Assembly (NCBI GenBank): GCA_016222925.1
Contig: JACRQB010000087.1
Location: 1 to 45,155 of the forward strand
DNA length: 45,155 nucleotides
Direction: 5' to 3'
DNA from: Nitrospirota bacterium
GTDB taxonomy: Bacteria > Nitrospirota > Nitrospiria > Nitrospirales > Nitrospiraceae
Below, piece by piece: positions 28,555 to 39,623 of the stretch. The first letter of the stretch is position 1. Every line of letters begins with the position of its first letter. Below the pieces are notes generated by a model. That model was given only the letters and a program-made list of their open reading frames with translations, did no database searches and was not told where the DNA came from. Both the position numbers and the translations under genes were made by a program.

Positions 28555-29799
28555 TTGGAGGAAGCACAGGTGCCGACCAATCCGTGGGGCAAGCGGCTTG
28601 TCCTTGGAGTAACGGGCAGCATCGCTGCGTATAAAGCGGTCGGGTTGCTTCGATCTCTTGCGCGTGACGGTGCCATCGTGTCAGTGGTCATGACTCAGGC
28701 TGCCACGAAATTTGTGACTCCTCTTACGTTTGAAGTCCTGTCAGGAAGACGAGTGGCGACGGACCTCTTTGAATCTCATGAAGAAATGGTCCATCTCGCT
28801 GTTCCAGAACAAGCTCAGGCAATTATTGTGGCGCCGGCGACGGCCAATTTTCTGGCAAAAGCGGCTCTTGGTCTGGCGGATGATCTGTTGAGCACGATGC
28901 TGTTGAACGCTCGGTGTCCCGTGATTGTCGCTCCGGCCATGGATGGGGACATGTGGACACACCCCACAGTTGTTCAACATGTGCAGGTGCTTCGAGCTCG
29001 TGGCGTCGTTGTGCTTGATCCTGAAGTCGGTCCGCTGGCATCAGGACAAGTCGCACAAGGGAGGTTTCCGGCAGAGTCACGAATTATGAATGCAGTGCAT
29101 ACCGCGTTAAATCCTCGGCAGGATTGGCACGGACAGCGGGTGTTGGTATCCGCGGGCCCGACTCAGGAACCCATTGATCCGGTTCGTTTTATTTCGAACC
29201 ATTCCTCTGGGAAGATGGGGTATGCCATTGCAGAAGCCGCGCGAGATCGAGGTGCAGAGGTGATCTTGGTGACAGGGCCGTCCTCTCTAAGCCCTCTTCC
29301 AGGAGTGACTACTGTTTCGGTCAAGACAGCGAGCGAGATGACCGATGCGTTGAGTCGTCATTTCCCTGCTGCTACGGTTCTGATCATGGCTGCAGCGGTT
29401 GCAGACTTTCGTCCAAAAAATCAGGCCGCACAGAAGCTCAAGAAGCAGGGGAAATCTGAGCTCGTGCTTGAGTTGGAAGCGATCCCGGACATTCTCGCGA
29501 TGTTGTCCGCGCGTCGGACATCGCAAATTGTGGTTGGGTTCGCGGCGGAAACTGAACACGTAGTGTCGCATGCGAAAGACAAGTTGAGAGGGAAAGGGCT
29601 GGATCTCATCATTGCGAATGATGTCACGCAAGCGGGAAGTGGGTTTGGCAGTGACGACAATGCAGTCGTCATTCTCTCGACTGCGGGTGAACAAAGAGTC
29701 CTGGGTCTGATGCCCAAGCGGCGTCTGGCCGACGAAATTTTGACTGTCGTGCATGAGCTCTGTCTAAACTCGCCTAGTCGCGAGTCCTTGGTGGAATGA
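28555..29799 (+). CDS. coaBC: Phosphopantothenoylcysteine decarboxylase/synthetase
   Basis: GVTGSIAAYK, APATAN, PAM...MW, GPT.E.IDPVRFISN.SSGKMG, GFAAET. Confidence 0.96.
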   Translation: MEEAQVPTNPWGKRLVLGVTGSIAAYKAVGLLRSLARDGAIVSVVMTQAATKFVTPLTFEVLSGRRVATDLFESHEEMVHLAVPEQAQAIIVAPATANFLAKAALGLADDLLSTMLLNARCPVIVAPAMDGDMWTHPTVVQHVQVLRARGVVVLDPEVGPLASGQVAQGRFPAESRIMNAVHTALNPRQDWHGQRVLVSAGPTQEPIDPVRFISNHSSGKMGYAIAEAARDRGAEVILVTGPSSLSPLPGVTTVSVKTASEMTDALSRHFPAATVLIMAAAVADFRPKNQAAQKLKKQGKSELVLELEAIPDILAMLSARRTSQIVVGFAAETEHVVSHAKDKLRGKGLDLIIANDVTQAGSGFGSDDNAVVILSTAGEQRVLGLMPKRRLADEILTVVHELCLNSPSRESLVE

Positions 29800-29807
29800 C
29801 TTGATCG

Positions 29808-30536
29808 ATGGCATCAGGTTCAAAAAAAGCGGGTAATGCCATAGAAATTGATCGGTTGGCTTTAGCCCTTGCTAAGAATCCGGGGTCCAAGGTGTTTATT
29901 CCCCTGGCAGAAGAATACGGCAAAGCCGGCATGTGGGAAGAGGCGGTTGCTGTTCTTGAAGATGGGCTGAAGATCTATCCAGGGTTCATCACGGCCATGG
30001 TTGCGTTAGGTCGTGCCTATGAGCAGATGAACCAACCGGTTAAGGCGAAGGCCATTCTCGAAGAATCCATCAAGGTAAGCCCTGATAATCTTCGTGCACA
30101 TCGAACATTGGCCAAGCTCTACGCGGCTCAGGGGGCTAAAGAAGCGGCTATCCGGTCGTGCAACGTCATATTATTGATAAATCCGCATGACCAAGAAGCC
30201 TTGTCGCTCTGTGCCGGGCTCAGCATACCGGTGACTCAGGGAATGGCACAATCGCACGGGCCATTGGATGAAAAGTCGGTGAAAACTGCAAGTCCTGACT
30301 CTGACCATCTTCGCGGCGAGGGTATGACATCCGCCTTCGATAGTGCGGCGCCGGCAACGAAAGATGGAGCCAACGGATTGTCCAGTAGTGCTCCTCGTTC
30401 TGAAGAAATGCCTATTCCTACAACCGGATCCACAGCCCAGGCCGCTCAGAAAGCCACAAGCCCAGTGATTGCACGGCTTGAGCAGTGGCTCAACTTGATT
30501 CAGGTCCGCCGGCGAGATCCCCACGCCTCTTCTTAA
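29808..30536 (+). CDS. Tetratricopeptide repeat protein
   Basis: TPR-like helices (FIPLAEEY...A..VLE.GL..YP....A..ALGRAY) and a low-complexity tail. Confidence 0.8.
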   Translation: MASGSKKAGNAIEIDRLALALAKNPGSKVFIPLAEEYGKAGMWEEAVAVLEDGLKIYPGFITAMVALGRAYEQMNQPVKAKAILEESIKVSPDNLRAHRTLAKLYAAQGAKEAAIRSCNVILLINPHDQEALSLCAGLSIPVTQGMAQSHGPLDEKSVKTASPDSDHLRGEGMTSAFDSAAPATKDGANGLSSSAPRSEEMPIPTTGSTAQAAQKATSPVIARLEQWLNLIQVRRRDPHASS

Positions 30537-30570
30537 CTCTCTTCTTGAACTTTCCCATGACTTCACTGGT

Positions 30571-30599
30571 TTGACCCTCTGAGAGGGGACTGCTAGAAT
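30571..30599 (+). promoter_or_regulatory. sigma70 promoter for aroQ-efp-accBC
   Basis: TTGACC-17 nt-TAGAAT with a TGn extension. Confidence 0.65.
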
Positions 30600-30656
30600 G
30601 CCGCCCTTGATGTGGTAGGGTCAGGCCGGGTAGATAGGGGAGGTATTGCACACGCC

Positions 30657-31157
30657 ATGCTGCGCATCCTGGTTCTTCACGGTCCCAATCTGAACCTGTT
30701 GGGTAATCGAGAGGAGTCCATGTATGGAACGACGACTCTTGATGAGATCAATACGTCATTGGAAAAGCTGGGTAGTGAGCTTAGAGTTGAACTGGTTATT
30801 CGTCAGTCGAATTTTGAAGGGGAATTAGTAAACTGGATTCAAGAAGCACGACGCGGGTATCACGGTATTATCATCAATCCCGCGGCCTACACGCACACCA
30901 GCATCGCAATACGGGATGCCCTGGCTGCCGTTGCGTTGCCGACCATCGAGGTCCATTTGTCTAACGTCTATCGGCGTGAAGAATTCAGGCAGCATTCATA
31001 TGTGTCGGGGGTTGCATTGGCACAGATCGCCGGGTTTGGTGTCACCGGGTATCTCTTAGCCTTGCGAGGATTGTGCGAGCACATATCTGCTAGCGGATCT
31101 ACTGGGTCCTCTGGTGGTCGTACCTCAGTAGCCGGAGCGAAGACAGAGCCGCATTGA
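30657..31157 (+). CDS. aroQ: Type II 3-dehydroquinate dehydratase
   Basis: [11 protein letters not shown]...[29 protein letters not shown]...RE.FR. Confidence 0.96.
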   Translation: MLRILVLHGPNLNLLGNREESMYGTTTLDEINTSLEKLGSELRVELVIRQSNFEGELVNWIQEARRGYHGIIINPAAYTHTSIAIRDALAAVALPTIEVHLSNVYRREEFRQHSYVSGVALAQIAGFGVTGYLLALRGLCEHISASGSTGSSGGRTSVAGAKTEPH

Positions 31158-31203
31158 AGATATCACCAGGCCGGTTGTGTTCTTCATCAGAAGGGAGTTG
31201 CGA

Positions 31204-31764
31204 GTGATTTCTACGGTTGATTTTCGTAGCGGGGTACGCTTGATGGTCGAAGGCGAGCCCTTTCATATCGTCGACTTTCAACACGTCAAGCCTGGCAAAG
31301 GCGGTGCCTTCGTACGGACGAAGTTGAAAAGCTATCTCTCTGGAAATGTGTTGGACCGAACGTTTCGCTCAGGAGAACGGTTTGAAGAACCTGATTTGGA
31401 AGAGCGTGACATGCAGTTTCTCTATGCGACAGGAGCTTCCTATACGCTGATGGACACGGAGACGTATGAGCAATTGACGTTTGAGAAGAGTCAGTTGGGA
31501 GAGAACGCCGATTTACTGAAAGAAAATATGGTCGTGAAGATCCTCGTCTACGAGCATCGCCCGATCGCCGTTGAGTTGCCAAACTTCATTGAGCTCAAGG
31601 TCGTGGATGCGGATCCTGGTGTGCGGGGGGACACGGCATCTGGAGGAACCAAGCCGGCGGTCGTGGAAACGGGGGCGACGATCAAAGTTCCGCTTTACTT
31701 GGAGGTCGGCACCGTCATCCGGATCGATACTCGAACCAGATCCTATGTGGAGCGTGTTCGGTGA
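31204..31764 (+). CDS. efp: Elongation factor P
   Basis: HVKPGKGGAFVR, PGVRGDT, KPA..ETG. Confidence 0.97.
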   Translation: MISTVDFRSGVRLMVEGEPFHIVDFQHVKPGKGGAFVRTKLKSYLSGNVLDRTFRSGERFEEPDLEERDMQFLYATGASYTLMDTETYEQLTFEKSQLGENADLLKENMVVKILVYEHRPIAVELPNFIELKVVDADPGVRGDTASGGTKPAVVETGATIKVPLYLEVGTVIRIDTRTRSYVERVR

Positions 31765-32324
31765 GCCCTCGTCGACCTACTCATTCAAAGACCAAGGCTC
31801 GTCGGATTGTGTTGCCGCAGCCTGGGGAGGAGATCGGTCATGCGCTCTCACTCACAGGGGGGTCGACTAAGCAAATCCAAGAACTGATCGACCTGCTTCG
31901 GCGTAATAATTTGACCGAGCTTGAGTTTGAACGACAAGGCATTCGCATCCGCCTCCGCCAGGATCTCGCAACCAGAGCGCTCGCGACATCGGTGCAGGAG
32001 TTCGTTCCTACTCCGCCTCAACAACCGATGCATTCCACTTCAGCCACGACATCCGTATCAGACGCAAGCACGGGTTTCCTGACCGTCACGTCCCCCATCG
32101 TCGGCACGTTCTACCGATCGCCCTCACCCGATGCTGATCCATACGTTGAAGAGGGGGATTCTGTGAAGAAGGGACAAGTGTTGTGCGTCGTCGAAGCGAT
32201 GAAGCTCATGAATGAAATTGAGTCGGAAGTGGACGGTCGCCTTGTGAAGATCTTGGTGGAAAATACAAAGTCAGTGGAATATGGGCAAGCACTGTTTCTG
32301 ATCGATCCCAAATCCGCTTCATAG
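31761..32324 (+). CDS. accB: Acetyl-CoA carboxylase biotin carboxyl carrier protein
   Basis: SPIVGTFYRSPSP, EAMKLMNEI. Confidence 0.96.
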   Translation: MSPRRPTHSKTKARRIVLPQPGEEIGHALSLTGGSTKQIQELIDLLRRNNLTELEFERQGIRIRLRQDLATRALATSVQEFVPTPPQQPMHSTSATTSVSDASTGFLTVTSPIVGTFYRSPSPDADPYVEEGDSVKKGQVLCVVEAMKLMNEIESEVDGRLVKILVENTKSVEYGQALFLIDPKSAS

Positions 32325-32367
32325 GTCATTCTAAAGGCGGTTCTCGCCATCGTATCGGAGCCGAGAC

Positions 32368-33708
32368 GTGTTTAAGAAAGTTCTGGTCGCCAATCGCGGA
32401 GAAATCGCGCTGCGAGTGATTCGCGCCTGTAAGGAGCTTGGCATCAAGACCGTGGCGATTCATTCTGAAGCGGATGCGCTTGCCCTGCATGTTCGAGCAG
32501 CCGAGGAAAAGGTATGTGTGGGGCCGGCTGAATCAGCATTGAGCTACCGAAATATTCCCAATGTCTTGAGTGCCGCAGAGATTACGGGTGCCGATGCGAT
32601 TCATCCCGGGTATGGATTTCTGTCGGAGAACGCCCATTTTGCTGAAGTCTGCGAGTCAATCGGCATCAAGTTTATCGGGCCGAGCTCGGAAAATATTGCC
32701 ATGATGGGGGATAAGGCGAAGGCGCGTGAAATCGTGGCGAGGCGAGGCCTTCCGGTCACACCCGGTAGCCCAGGCGAATTGCGCAGCGAGGAGGATGCCT
32801 TGCAGGCGGCGCAGAAGATCGGCTTTCCCGTCATTATTAAAGCAACGGCCGGAGGGGGAGGCCGAGGCATGCGTGTCGTCAACAAGGCCGAAGACCTTAG
32901 CCGAGCCTTTCAGGCCGCGCAGGCTGAAGCGAAATCGACCTTCGGTAACGACGGGGTCTACCTCGAACGGTATTTCCTAGAGCCGCGTCATATTGAAGTG
33001 CAGATCTTGGCCGATCAACATGGTCGGGTGGTGCATCTTGGGGAGCGGGACTGCTCGATTCAACGACGGCATCAAAAACTGGTGGAAGAAACACCATCCC
33101 CGGTAGTCGATCACAAACTGCGTCGGGAAATCGGTCGGGTGGCCGTGGAGGCGGTCAAGGCTGCCCATTACCGAAACGTGGGCACCGTCGAATTTCTGCT
33201 CGATAAAGACCGAAATTTTTATTTCATGGAAGTGAATACTCGCATCCAGGTCGAGCACCCCATTACTGAAATGGTCACTGGCATCGATTTGATTAAGGAA
33301 CAGATTCGTCTGGCCGCAGGTCATCCTCTCTCCATTCGGCAACAGGATGTCGTGCTGACTGGGCATAGCATGGAGTGTCGAATTAATGCCGAAGATCCAG
33401 AGAAGTTTACGCCATCTCCCGGGGTGATTACCAAGTACAGTCCGCCTGGAGGGTTCGGAGTGCGAGTCGATTCTGCCATGGAGTCAGGCTCGGTGGTCGT
33501 CCCGTACTACGACTCGATGATTGCCAAGCTGATTACTCATGGCCGCGATCGACAGGAATCAATGGCTCGTATGAAACGTGCGCTCGGCGAGTTTGTCATC
33601 GAGGGGATTAAGACTACTCTCCCCCTTCACCGTCGGATCCTCGATGATCCAGACTTTCAGAAGGGCCATGTGTCGACGACGTTCCTGGACCGGTTCTTGG
33701 CCGGATAA
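32368..33708 (+). CDS. accC: Biotin carboxylase
   Basis: [56 protein letters not shown]. Confidence 0.97.
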   Translation: MFKKVLVANRGEIALRVIRACKELGIKTVAIHSEADALALHVRAAEEKVCVGPAESALSYRNIPNVLSAAEITGADAIHPGYGFLSENAHFAEVCESIGIKFIGPSSENIAMMGDKAKAREIVARRGLPVTPGSPGELRSEEDALQAAQKIGFPVIIKATAGGGGRGMRVVNKAEDLSRAFQAAQAEAKSTFGNDGVYLERYFLEPRHIEVQILADQHGRVVHLGERDCSIQRRHQKLVEETPSPVVDHKLRREIGRVAVEAVKAAHYRNVGTVEFLLDKDRNFYFMEVNTRIQVEHPITEMVTGIDLIKEQIRLAAGHPLSIRQQDVVLTGHSMECRINAEDPEKFTPSPGVITKYSPPGGFGVRVDSAMESGSVVVPYYDSMIAKLITHGRDRQESMARMKRALGEFVIEGIKTTLPLHRRILDDPDFQKGHVSTTFLDRFLAG

Positions 33709-33913
33709 TCCTACGAATCTTTCCCCTCCCCCATTACTGCCTTGACAGCGCTTGGCCATCAAGAGATCTCATTCCTTGGTGGGCTATTGGGCTTGTGTTA
33801 AGCTAAATACCTGGGTTTGAAGGGGAGAGCCACCGCTCGCGTGGAGTGAGAGGTGCATCGCTTCTTGTCTTCCTGTTAGGATAGAGATACTTCCGGGACT
33901 ACCTGTAGGATAT

Positions 33914-35167
33914 ATGCGAGGTATCGCCTTTATTGTCAGTGTTGTAGCCATTGGACTTGCCATCGGTGGCTATGTGTTTTTTAACGGGGAGCGGAAGGCC
34001 CCTGTTCGATACCGAACAGCGGCGATTGAGTTAGGTCAGGTTATTTCTTCCGTCAGCGCCACGGGGACGATCAATCCAGTTGTGTCGGTTCAGGTAGGCA
34101 CGCAAGTGTCTGGGATGATCAAGAGCCTCCATGCGGATTTCAACTCGCGGGTGAAGGCCGGGGATACGGTTGCGGTCATTGATCCAGAACCATTCAAGGC
34201 CCGCCGAGAGCAGGCTGCCAGCAATCTGGAGATGGCACGGTCAAACGTTGCACGATCCAAAGCTGACTTGGCGCAGCGAAAACGAGAACTGGACCGTGTA
34301 GAATCCTTGTTGCCTCAGCAGTTTGTCTCACAAAACGACGTCGATGTTGCCCTCACAAATTTCCAGAGCTCGGAAGCACAGGTAAAAGTCGCTGAGGCGC
34401 AGGTCAAGCAAGCGGAAGCCGCGTTGAATTCCGCTGAGCTGGAATTGAAATATACCGTCATTCGGTCGCCCGTTGACGGCATCGTTGTGGCCCGTAACGT
34501 AGAGGTCGGCCAGACGGTTGCGTCCAGCTTTGCCACGCCTAATTTGTTTCTGATCGCCCTCGATTTGACCAAAATGCAGGTCGATACCAATGTGAGCGAG
34601 TCAGACATTGGAGGAATGGCTGAAGGGAAGGAAGCTGTTTTCACCGTAGACGCCTACCCTGGTGTGACCTTTACGGGGACCATCAGGCAGGTACGGCTCG
34701 CACCCATCAACGTTCAGAACGTCGTCACCTACAATGTGGTGGTCGGTGTGGATAACAAGGACCTACGGCTCAAACCCGGCATGACGGCCAATGTGTCGAT
34801 TATCGTGGCACGGAAAGACCAGACCCTCAAGGTTCCTAATGCAGCTCTCAGATTTGCACCGCCGAAGGGGGAGGGGAGTCGTCGGGAGGCCGATGGGCAC
34901 GTAGCGAACAGGCATGGAGGAGGTCCGATCAAACTAGATGCTGATACGCTGCCGTCGAAAGCTATTTGGAGGCTGAGCGAGAGCGGTGACCTTGCTTCTC
35001 TGATGGTCCACACTGGTATTTCGGATGGCCTCGCCACTGAATTACTCTCCGGCAGTCTCAGGGAAGGGGATCTCGTGGTTGTTGGTATCGAACAGCCGTT
35101 CGGCGAGAGAAAAGGGAGTGATTTGCCGCCGGGGTTTGGGAATCAGCAACGCCCTCGCTCTCGATGA
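33914..35167 (+). CDS. MacA-like periplasmic adaptor (membrane fusion protein)
   Basis: N-terminal anchor, ATGTINP...VGTQVSG, coiled coil, SPVDG.V, L.PGMTA. Confidence 0.9.
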   Translation: MRGIAFIVSVVAIGLAIGGYVFFNGERKAPVRYRTAAIELGQVISSVSATGTINPVVSVQVGTQVSGMIKSLHADFNSRVKAGDTVAVIDPEPFKARREQAASNLEMARSNVARSKADLAQRKRELDRVESLLPQQFVSQNDVDVALTNFQSSEAQVKVAEAQVKQAEAALNSAELELKYTVIRSPVDGIVVARNVEVGQTVASSFATPNLFLIALDLTKMQVDTNVSESDIGGMAEGKEAVFTVDAYPGVTFTGTIRQVRLAPINVQNVVTYNVVVGVDNKDLRLKPGMTANVSIIVARKDQTLKVPNAALRFAPPKGEGSRREADGHVANRHGGGPIKLDADTLPSKAIWRLSESGDLASLMVHTGISDGLATELLSGSLREGDLVVVGIEQPFGERKGSDLPPGFGNQQRPRSR

Positions 35168-35288
35168 GGCTGTGGATATCCCTCGATCGGGGTGTGTGAA
35201 CGTCACTCGTCGACGGATACGGCATATTGCACCCCCATCATTCTATTTTCACGATTCGCGCTGGCGGCGCGTAGGATGAGCTAGGTCT

Positions 35289-35999
35289 GTGAATCCATTG
35301 ATCGTCGGCGAAGATATTTGGAAGGTCTATCGAGTAGGTGATGTCGAGGTGCAGGCTCTGCGTGGAGTAAGTGTCACTATCGAGCAGGGCGAGTTCGTCG
35401 CGATCATGGGATCGAGCGGATCCGGGAAGTCCACGTTGATGAATATTCTCGGTTGTCTGGATCAACCGACCAAGGGACATTATCGGTTGAACGGCGTCGA
35501 GGTCGGACAATTGCGGCCCGACCAGTTGGCAGAGATTCGGAATCAGCAAATCGGCTTTGTGTTCCAGAGCTTCAACCTCATTCCCCGGACCAGCGCCCTG
35601 GAAAACGCTCAGTTACCTCTGTTCTACAGAGGACTTTCTCTGAAAGAACAGCGTACGCTTGCCTCCGCTGCGCTCCAACGCGTCGGATTGAAGGGGCGGG
35701 AGCATCATTCCCCCACGCAACTTTCAGGTGGCCAACAACAACGGGTGGCGATCGCTCGGGCGCTGGTGACCGCGCCCTCTTTGTTGTTGGCAGACGAGCC
35801 AACCGGAAACCTTGATACGGAGTCCAGTCAGGACATCATGGGGATTCTTGAAGGATTGAATCGGGATGGTATGACGGTGATCCTGGTCACGCACGAAGTC
35901 GATATTGCCGCCTATGCGTCGCGTGAAATCGTCGTCAAGGATGGTCAGATCCTCAGCGATCGAGCAACCAAGGGGCGGTCGCAGGTTGTGGGTGCGTAA
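35289..35999 (+). CDS. ABC ATP-binding protein (MacB/LolD type)
   Basis: [32 protein letters not shown]. Confidence 0.93.
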   Translation: MNPLIVGEDIWKVYRVGDVEVQALRGVSVTIEQGEFVAIMGSSGSGKSTLMNILGCLDQPTKGHYRLNGVEVGQLRPDQLAEIRNQQIGFVFQSFNLIPRTSALENAQLPLFYRGLSLKEQRTLASAALQRVGLKGREHHSPTQLSGGQQQRVAIARALVTAPSLLLADEPTGNLDTESSQDIMGILEGLNRDGMTVILVTHEVDIAAYASREIVVKDGQILSDRATKGRSQVVGA

Positions 36000-37235
36000 A
36001 TGCTAGCCTTCGTGTGGCTAACCGTCATCACGGCCTTGAGAGTGCTCGGGCGAAACAGGTTGCGCGCGGGTTTGACCATGCTTGGGATTATTATCGGAGT
36101 CGGGGCGGTCATTGCGATGGTCAGCATCGGAGAAGGGGCGAAACAGGCGGTGCAGAAGCAGATAGCCACGATGGGGACGAACGTCATTATGATTTGGCCC
36201 AGTTACATGACCATTGGCGGCGTGCGGGGCGCACAAGGCGGTGCCGTCACACTGACGGTTACCGATGCACTAGAGCTGAAGAAGAGGATTCCAATTCTGT
36301 CTGAAACGGGGTGGCTCATACGAAGCACCATGCAAATCGTGAATGGGAACCGCAATTGGAATGGTCCGGTTCACGGAGTATCACCCAGCTATGTCTCGAT
36401 CCGAGACTGGTCCTTCAGCAGCGGAGGATCCTTTACCCAAACAGATATGGAGAGTGCGGCCCGGGTCGCGCTCCTTGGACAAACCGTGGTCGAAAACATT
36501 TTTGAACCGGGTGAAGAACCAGTTGGCGCGATCATTCGGATTAAAAATGTCCCGTTCCGGGTCATCGGTGTCTTATCCCCTAAAGGCCAGTCTGTGCAGG
36601 GATCCGATCAGGACGATGTGGTCTTTATCCCCTTCACGACTGCCGAGCGAAAAGTCTTTGGAACATTGTTCCTTGGATCGGTCGGAGGAGTGTTTGTCTC
36701 GACGGAACGAACCGAGGATCTGGCGGATGCCGCAGAACAGATCCGTCAGGTGATGAGAACTCGACATCGCTTGCAGGGTGAGCAGCCGGATGATTTCACC
36801 ATTCGTACGCAGGTCGAAATCGGAAAGGTGCAGGAAGGGACGAGCGAAACCTTGACGGTCATGTTGATGATTATCGCGTCGGTCTCGTTACTGGTCGGCG
36901 GCATTGGGATTATGAACATTCTACTTGTCTCCGTCACTGAGCGGACAAGAGAAATTGGAATTCGGATGGCGGTCGGAGCCAAACGTTTCCACATTCTCAT
37001 ACAGTTTTTGATCGAGGCTCTGACGCTCAGTGTGGTCGGTGGCTGTATCGGCATCCTGTTCGGAGTGCTTGCGGCGCGATTGACGACAGTGATTGCCGGT
37101 TGGCCGACCATTATTTCAAGTGATACCGTCGCCGTTGCGTTTGTGTTTTCGGTTGTGGTGGGTCTATTCTTTGGTTTATATCCTGCCAATAAGGCCGCTC
37201 GGCTCAATCCCATCGACGCGTTGCGCTACGAATAG
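36000..37235 (+). CDS. MacB/FtsX-family ABC permease
   Basis: LTMLGIIIGV, GGIGIMNI.LVSVTERTREIGIRMAVGA, PA..AA.L.PI.ALRYE. Confidence 0.93.
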   Translation: MLAFVWLTVITALRVLGRNRLRAGLTMLGIIIGVGAVIAMVSIGEGAKQAVQKQIATMGTNVIMIWPSYMTIGGVRGAQGGAVTLTVTDALELKKRIPILSETGWLIRSTMQIVNGNRNWNGPVHGVSPSYVSIRDWSFSSGGSFTQTDMESAARVALLGQTVVENIFEPGEEPVGAIIRIKNVPFRVIGVLSPKGQSVQGSDQDDVVFIPFTTAERKVFGTLFLGSVGGVFVSTERTEDLADAAEQIRQVMRTRHRLQGEQPDDFTIRTQVEIGKVQEGTSETLTVMLMIIASVSLLVGGIGIMNILLVSVTERTREIGIRMAVGAKRFHILIQFLIEALTLSVVGGCIGILFGVLAARLTTVIAGWPTIISSDTVAVAFVFSVVVGLFFGLYPANKAARLNPIDALRYE

Positions 37236-37259
37236 GGGAATCACTCACCGTGTCCCTTC

Positions 37260-38459
37260 CTACGCATTCATGTCTATTATTGTTTCAATGGCCCGGACCT
37301 GGCGATCGCCGGCCTGGTGCGCGAGATCGATGACAAACGGCGTTGGGTATTCAGTGCCCCCTGGCTGGTGGGTGATGGTGATGATCGGTTGATGTAGTTT
37401 GTCTTGATGGAGTTTCGTGACCACTGCCAACTCTTGCGTATTCAGCCGCACATGACTATGGATGGGGTAGATACCGATTCGTGCGATGAATGACGACACG
37501 ATTCGTTGATCAAGCGTGCCTTGCCGAGCCTCCTGATACAGGCGTTGAAATGTGTGGTGAGGAGTCAGTGGGGCAGCTCCGCCGAATCCAGTGATTAATT
37601 CATCGTATCGATCCACGACCATCAGAATGCGTGTGGGGTCGGAGGTAAATTGTCCTCGTGACTCTTTCGGATAGCCGCTGTCATCAAGATAGGCATGATG
37701 ATTCGCGATGAGATGAAGCGTGGCGGCTTCAATTCCCCGTTTCCCCTCCAACATCAGAACGGCACGGCGGGAATGGGTCTCGAATTCCTGTCGGTTGGCC
37801 TTGGAAAGGTCCGACGAGTCATGAGTATGGCGGACAATGGCAGGTCGGATCTGTAAGAGCCCGATGTCATGTAAGAGAGCGGCGGTCGCAAGCTCGTGCA
37901 ACTCCAGGGGATTGAATTGGAAGGCCTGTCCGACCACCAGTGACAGCGTACAGGCGGCCAGTGCATGCTGGCTAAGCGTGGAGTCGTTGGCTCGGTTTTG
38001 ACTCAAGGCCATGAAAATCGCAGAGTCGGTGAGCGTTCTCATGGCGATCGTGATTTCTTGGACCGCTTCGGCTGCCTGCTCAGGGTTGACCGTCCCTGTC
38101 TTCGTAATGGTTGTAAAAACGGATTGTACCGCTTGGTCCATCTGTTGCTTGGCCAGCTTCGCCTGGGCATATTCTTCGTTCAGCTGGGCCAAAGGCTTGG
38201 ATTGCTTCAGGCTCGAAGTCGGTGCTGCCGTGGGTGCAGCCTGCATGATATCCGTTATGTGATGGGGCGGAGACGTGATTCCACGGTTGAGGTCGATGTC
38301 GACCATCTTCACTCCTGCACGCACTAATTTGTCAATCTGGGAAGAATGTTCAATCAGGAATGAATGGCGGAGTAAGGGGGAGCGGAACCACGACAGGTCC
38401 AGACGGGCGACGTGCATTCCGATCTGAAGTTCACTGACAGGAATGCGTGTTGTCGCCAT
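37260..38459 (-). CDS. HD-GYP domain protein with N-terminal DUF3391-like domain
   Basis: L.IGM.V..LD.SW...P, LLHDIG, HH....SGYP, D.YD, G.YP..S.V.L. Confidence 0.88.
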   Translation of the reverse strand: MATTRIPVSELQIGMHVARLDLSWFRSPLLRHSFLIEHSSQIDKLVRAGVKMVDIDLNRGITSPPHHITDIMQAAPTAAPTSSLKQSKPLAQLNEEYAQAKLAKQQMDQAVQSVFTTITKTGTVNPEQAAEAVQEITIAMRTLTDSAIFMALSQNRANDSTLSQHALAACTLSLVVGQAFQFNPLELHELATAALLHDIGLLQIRPAIVRHTHDSSDLSKANRQEFETHSRRAVLMLEGKRGIEAATLHLIANHHAYLDDSGYPKESRGQFTSDPTRILMVVDRYDELITGFGGAAPLTPHHTFQRLYQEARQGTLDQRIVSSFIARIGIYPIHSHVRLNTQELAVVTKLHQDKLHQPIITITHQPGGTEYPTPFVIDLAHQAGDRQVRAIETIIDMNA

Positions 38460-38508
38460 CAGAAGGTCCGTCCATTAGTAAGCAGGGCTGTAGACATAGC
38501 TCTCTCAG

Positions 38509-38537
38509 GTATCGGCGTGAACCAGAAAGAACTGTAG
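38509..38537 (-). promoter_or_regulatory. Putative sigma28 (FliA)-type promoter for the HD-GYP gene
   Basis: Minus strand CTACA-N16-GCCGATAC. Confidence 0.55.
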
Positions 38538-38561
38538 CCGAGCGAGTGCTGGAGTGAGTGG

Positions 38562-39158
38562 TCAGTCTGAGTGACAAGGAGGGGAAATGAACGAGAGCGA
38601 GACTTCGATGCGAGGGTCGGCTTTATCAACATGCTTATACAGATGAGTTTCGATGATGCGATTATCGTTTAAGCCAAGCCCTTCGCAGACCGCATCTTGG
38701 GCGATCTTCAGACCGCCATCAAGGTCGCGCCGTAAGGCGGATGCGAAAAAGAATCGGATCGAGAGCGCGAGCGGCCCCGATCGAAGTCGATTGTGTAAAG
38801 AGGATCTAGCGGGGGACTGGGCCAATGCCAGCCATACGTACTGGCCGACGTAGGTCTTGTACGTCCGTCCGGTGGAGGATAGCAACCGACGTCCATTTAC
38901 CGTTGCATATTGATGATTGATGCTTGGAGGGACGGGCAATGTGACTTTGATCGTGTCCGATGTCACGACTGGGAGATGCGATGGTGTCCGAAGTGCAGTC
39001 TCTGGGTTCGATGGACCAGGTTTCGGTGACAGAGCCGTACTGTTGATCCGCAGCAACTTTTTGGGGATAGACGAGCGGGTGGGATTGCCACGGCGGGATA
39101 TTGGAGGAAGGCGACACCTTGATGAACGGAAGTTGTATCGAGGTCGATCGAATGGCAT
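38562..39158 (-). CDS. rusA: RusA-family Holliday junction resolvase (start uncertain)
   Basis: LP.PPS.N, RRDLDG.LK..QDA....GL.D..I, C-terminal PRIEV. Confidence 0.85.
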   Translation of the reverse strand: MPFDRPRYNFRSSRCRLPPISRRGNPTRSSIPKKLLRINSTALSPKPGPSNPETALRTPSHLPVVTSDTIKVTLPVPPSINHQYATVNGRRLLSSTGRTYKTYVGQYVWLALAQSPARSSLHNRLRSGPLALSIRFFFASALRRDLDGGLKIAQDAVCEGLGLNDNRIIETHLYKHVDKADPRIEVSLSFISPPCHSD

Positions 39159-39167
39159 GGAGCCGAG

Positions 39168-39608
39168 CTAGAGGAGATTCACGATCTTTGCCATATTCTG
39201 TTCAAAGCGATCTTCAGTACGCGCAAGATACCGACGCCATTCGCTTGGGTTCCAAATTTCCATGCGGTGATACAGGCCGACGAGTATGATTTCTTGATCC
39301 TCATCGACAGGAACCAGTTTTCTCAAGCGACCAGGAATTAGAATCCGCCCGGTCTTATCGATATCCGATGAGCCTGCCTCGGACACGACAAAGTGCATAA
39401 ACAGACGACTCTGGTCTTCATCCAGAGAAGCCCGGGTCCGTTCAAGGACCTTCTCCCACTCTTTCGTGGAATAGATCAGCAAGGACTGTTCCGGACCCTT
39501 CAGGAACATGACGGTCTGACCGTCAGCTTCGATCTGTTCACGGATCGGTGAGGGGACGATGAAACGTCCTTTCTCATCAACCTTGCAAAGGTATTCACCG
39601 GCAAACAT
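39168..39608 (-). CDS. mraZ: MraZ-like (AbrB/SpoVT-fold) regulator, orphan paralogue
   Basis: MF.GEY...VDEKGR..VP...R, second DKTGRILIP..LR, G.....EIW...W. AGGA SD. Confidence 0.88.
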   Translation of the reverse strand: MFAGEYLCKVDEKGRFIVPSPIREQIEADGQTVMFLKGPEQSLLIYSTKEWEKVLERTRASLDEDQSRLFMHFVVSEAGSSDIDKTGRILIPGRLRKLVPVDEDQEIILVGLYHRMEIWNPSEWRRYLARTEDRFEQNMAKIVNLL

Positions 39609-39623
39609 TGTGATGTCCTGTAT

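Noticed and set aside
33709-33913. Possible riboswitch or ncRNA between accC and the MacA-like gene
   Set aside because: No TPP, SAM, FMN or c-di-GMP core motifs could be matched by eye. An Rfam scan is needed.
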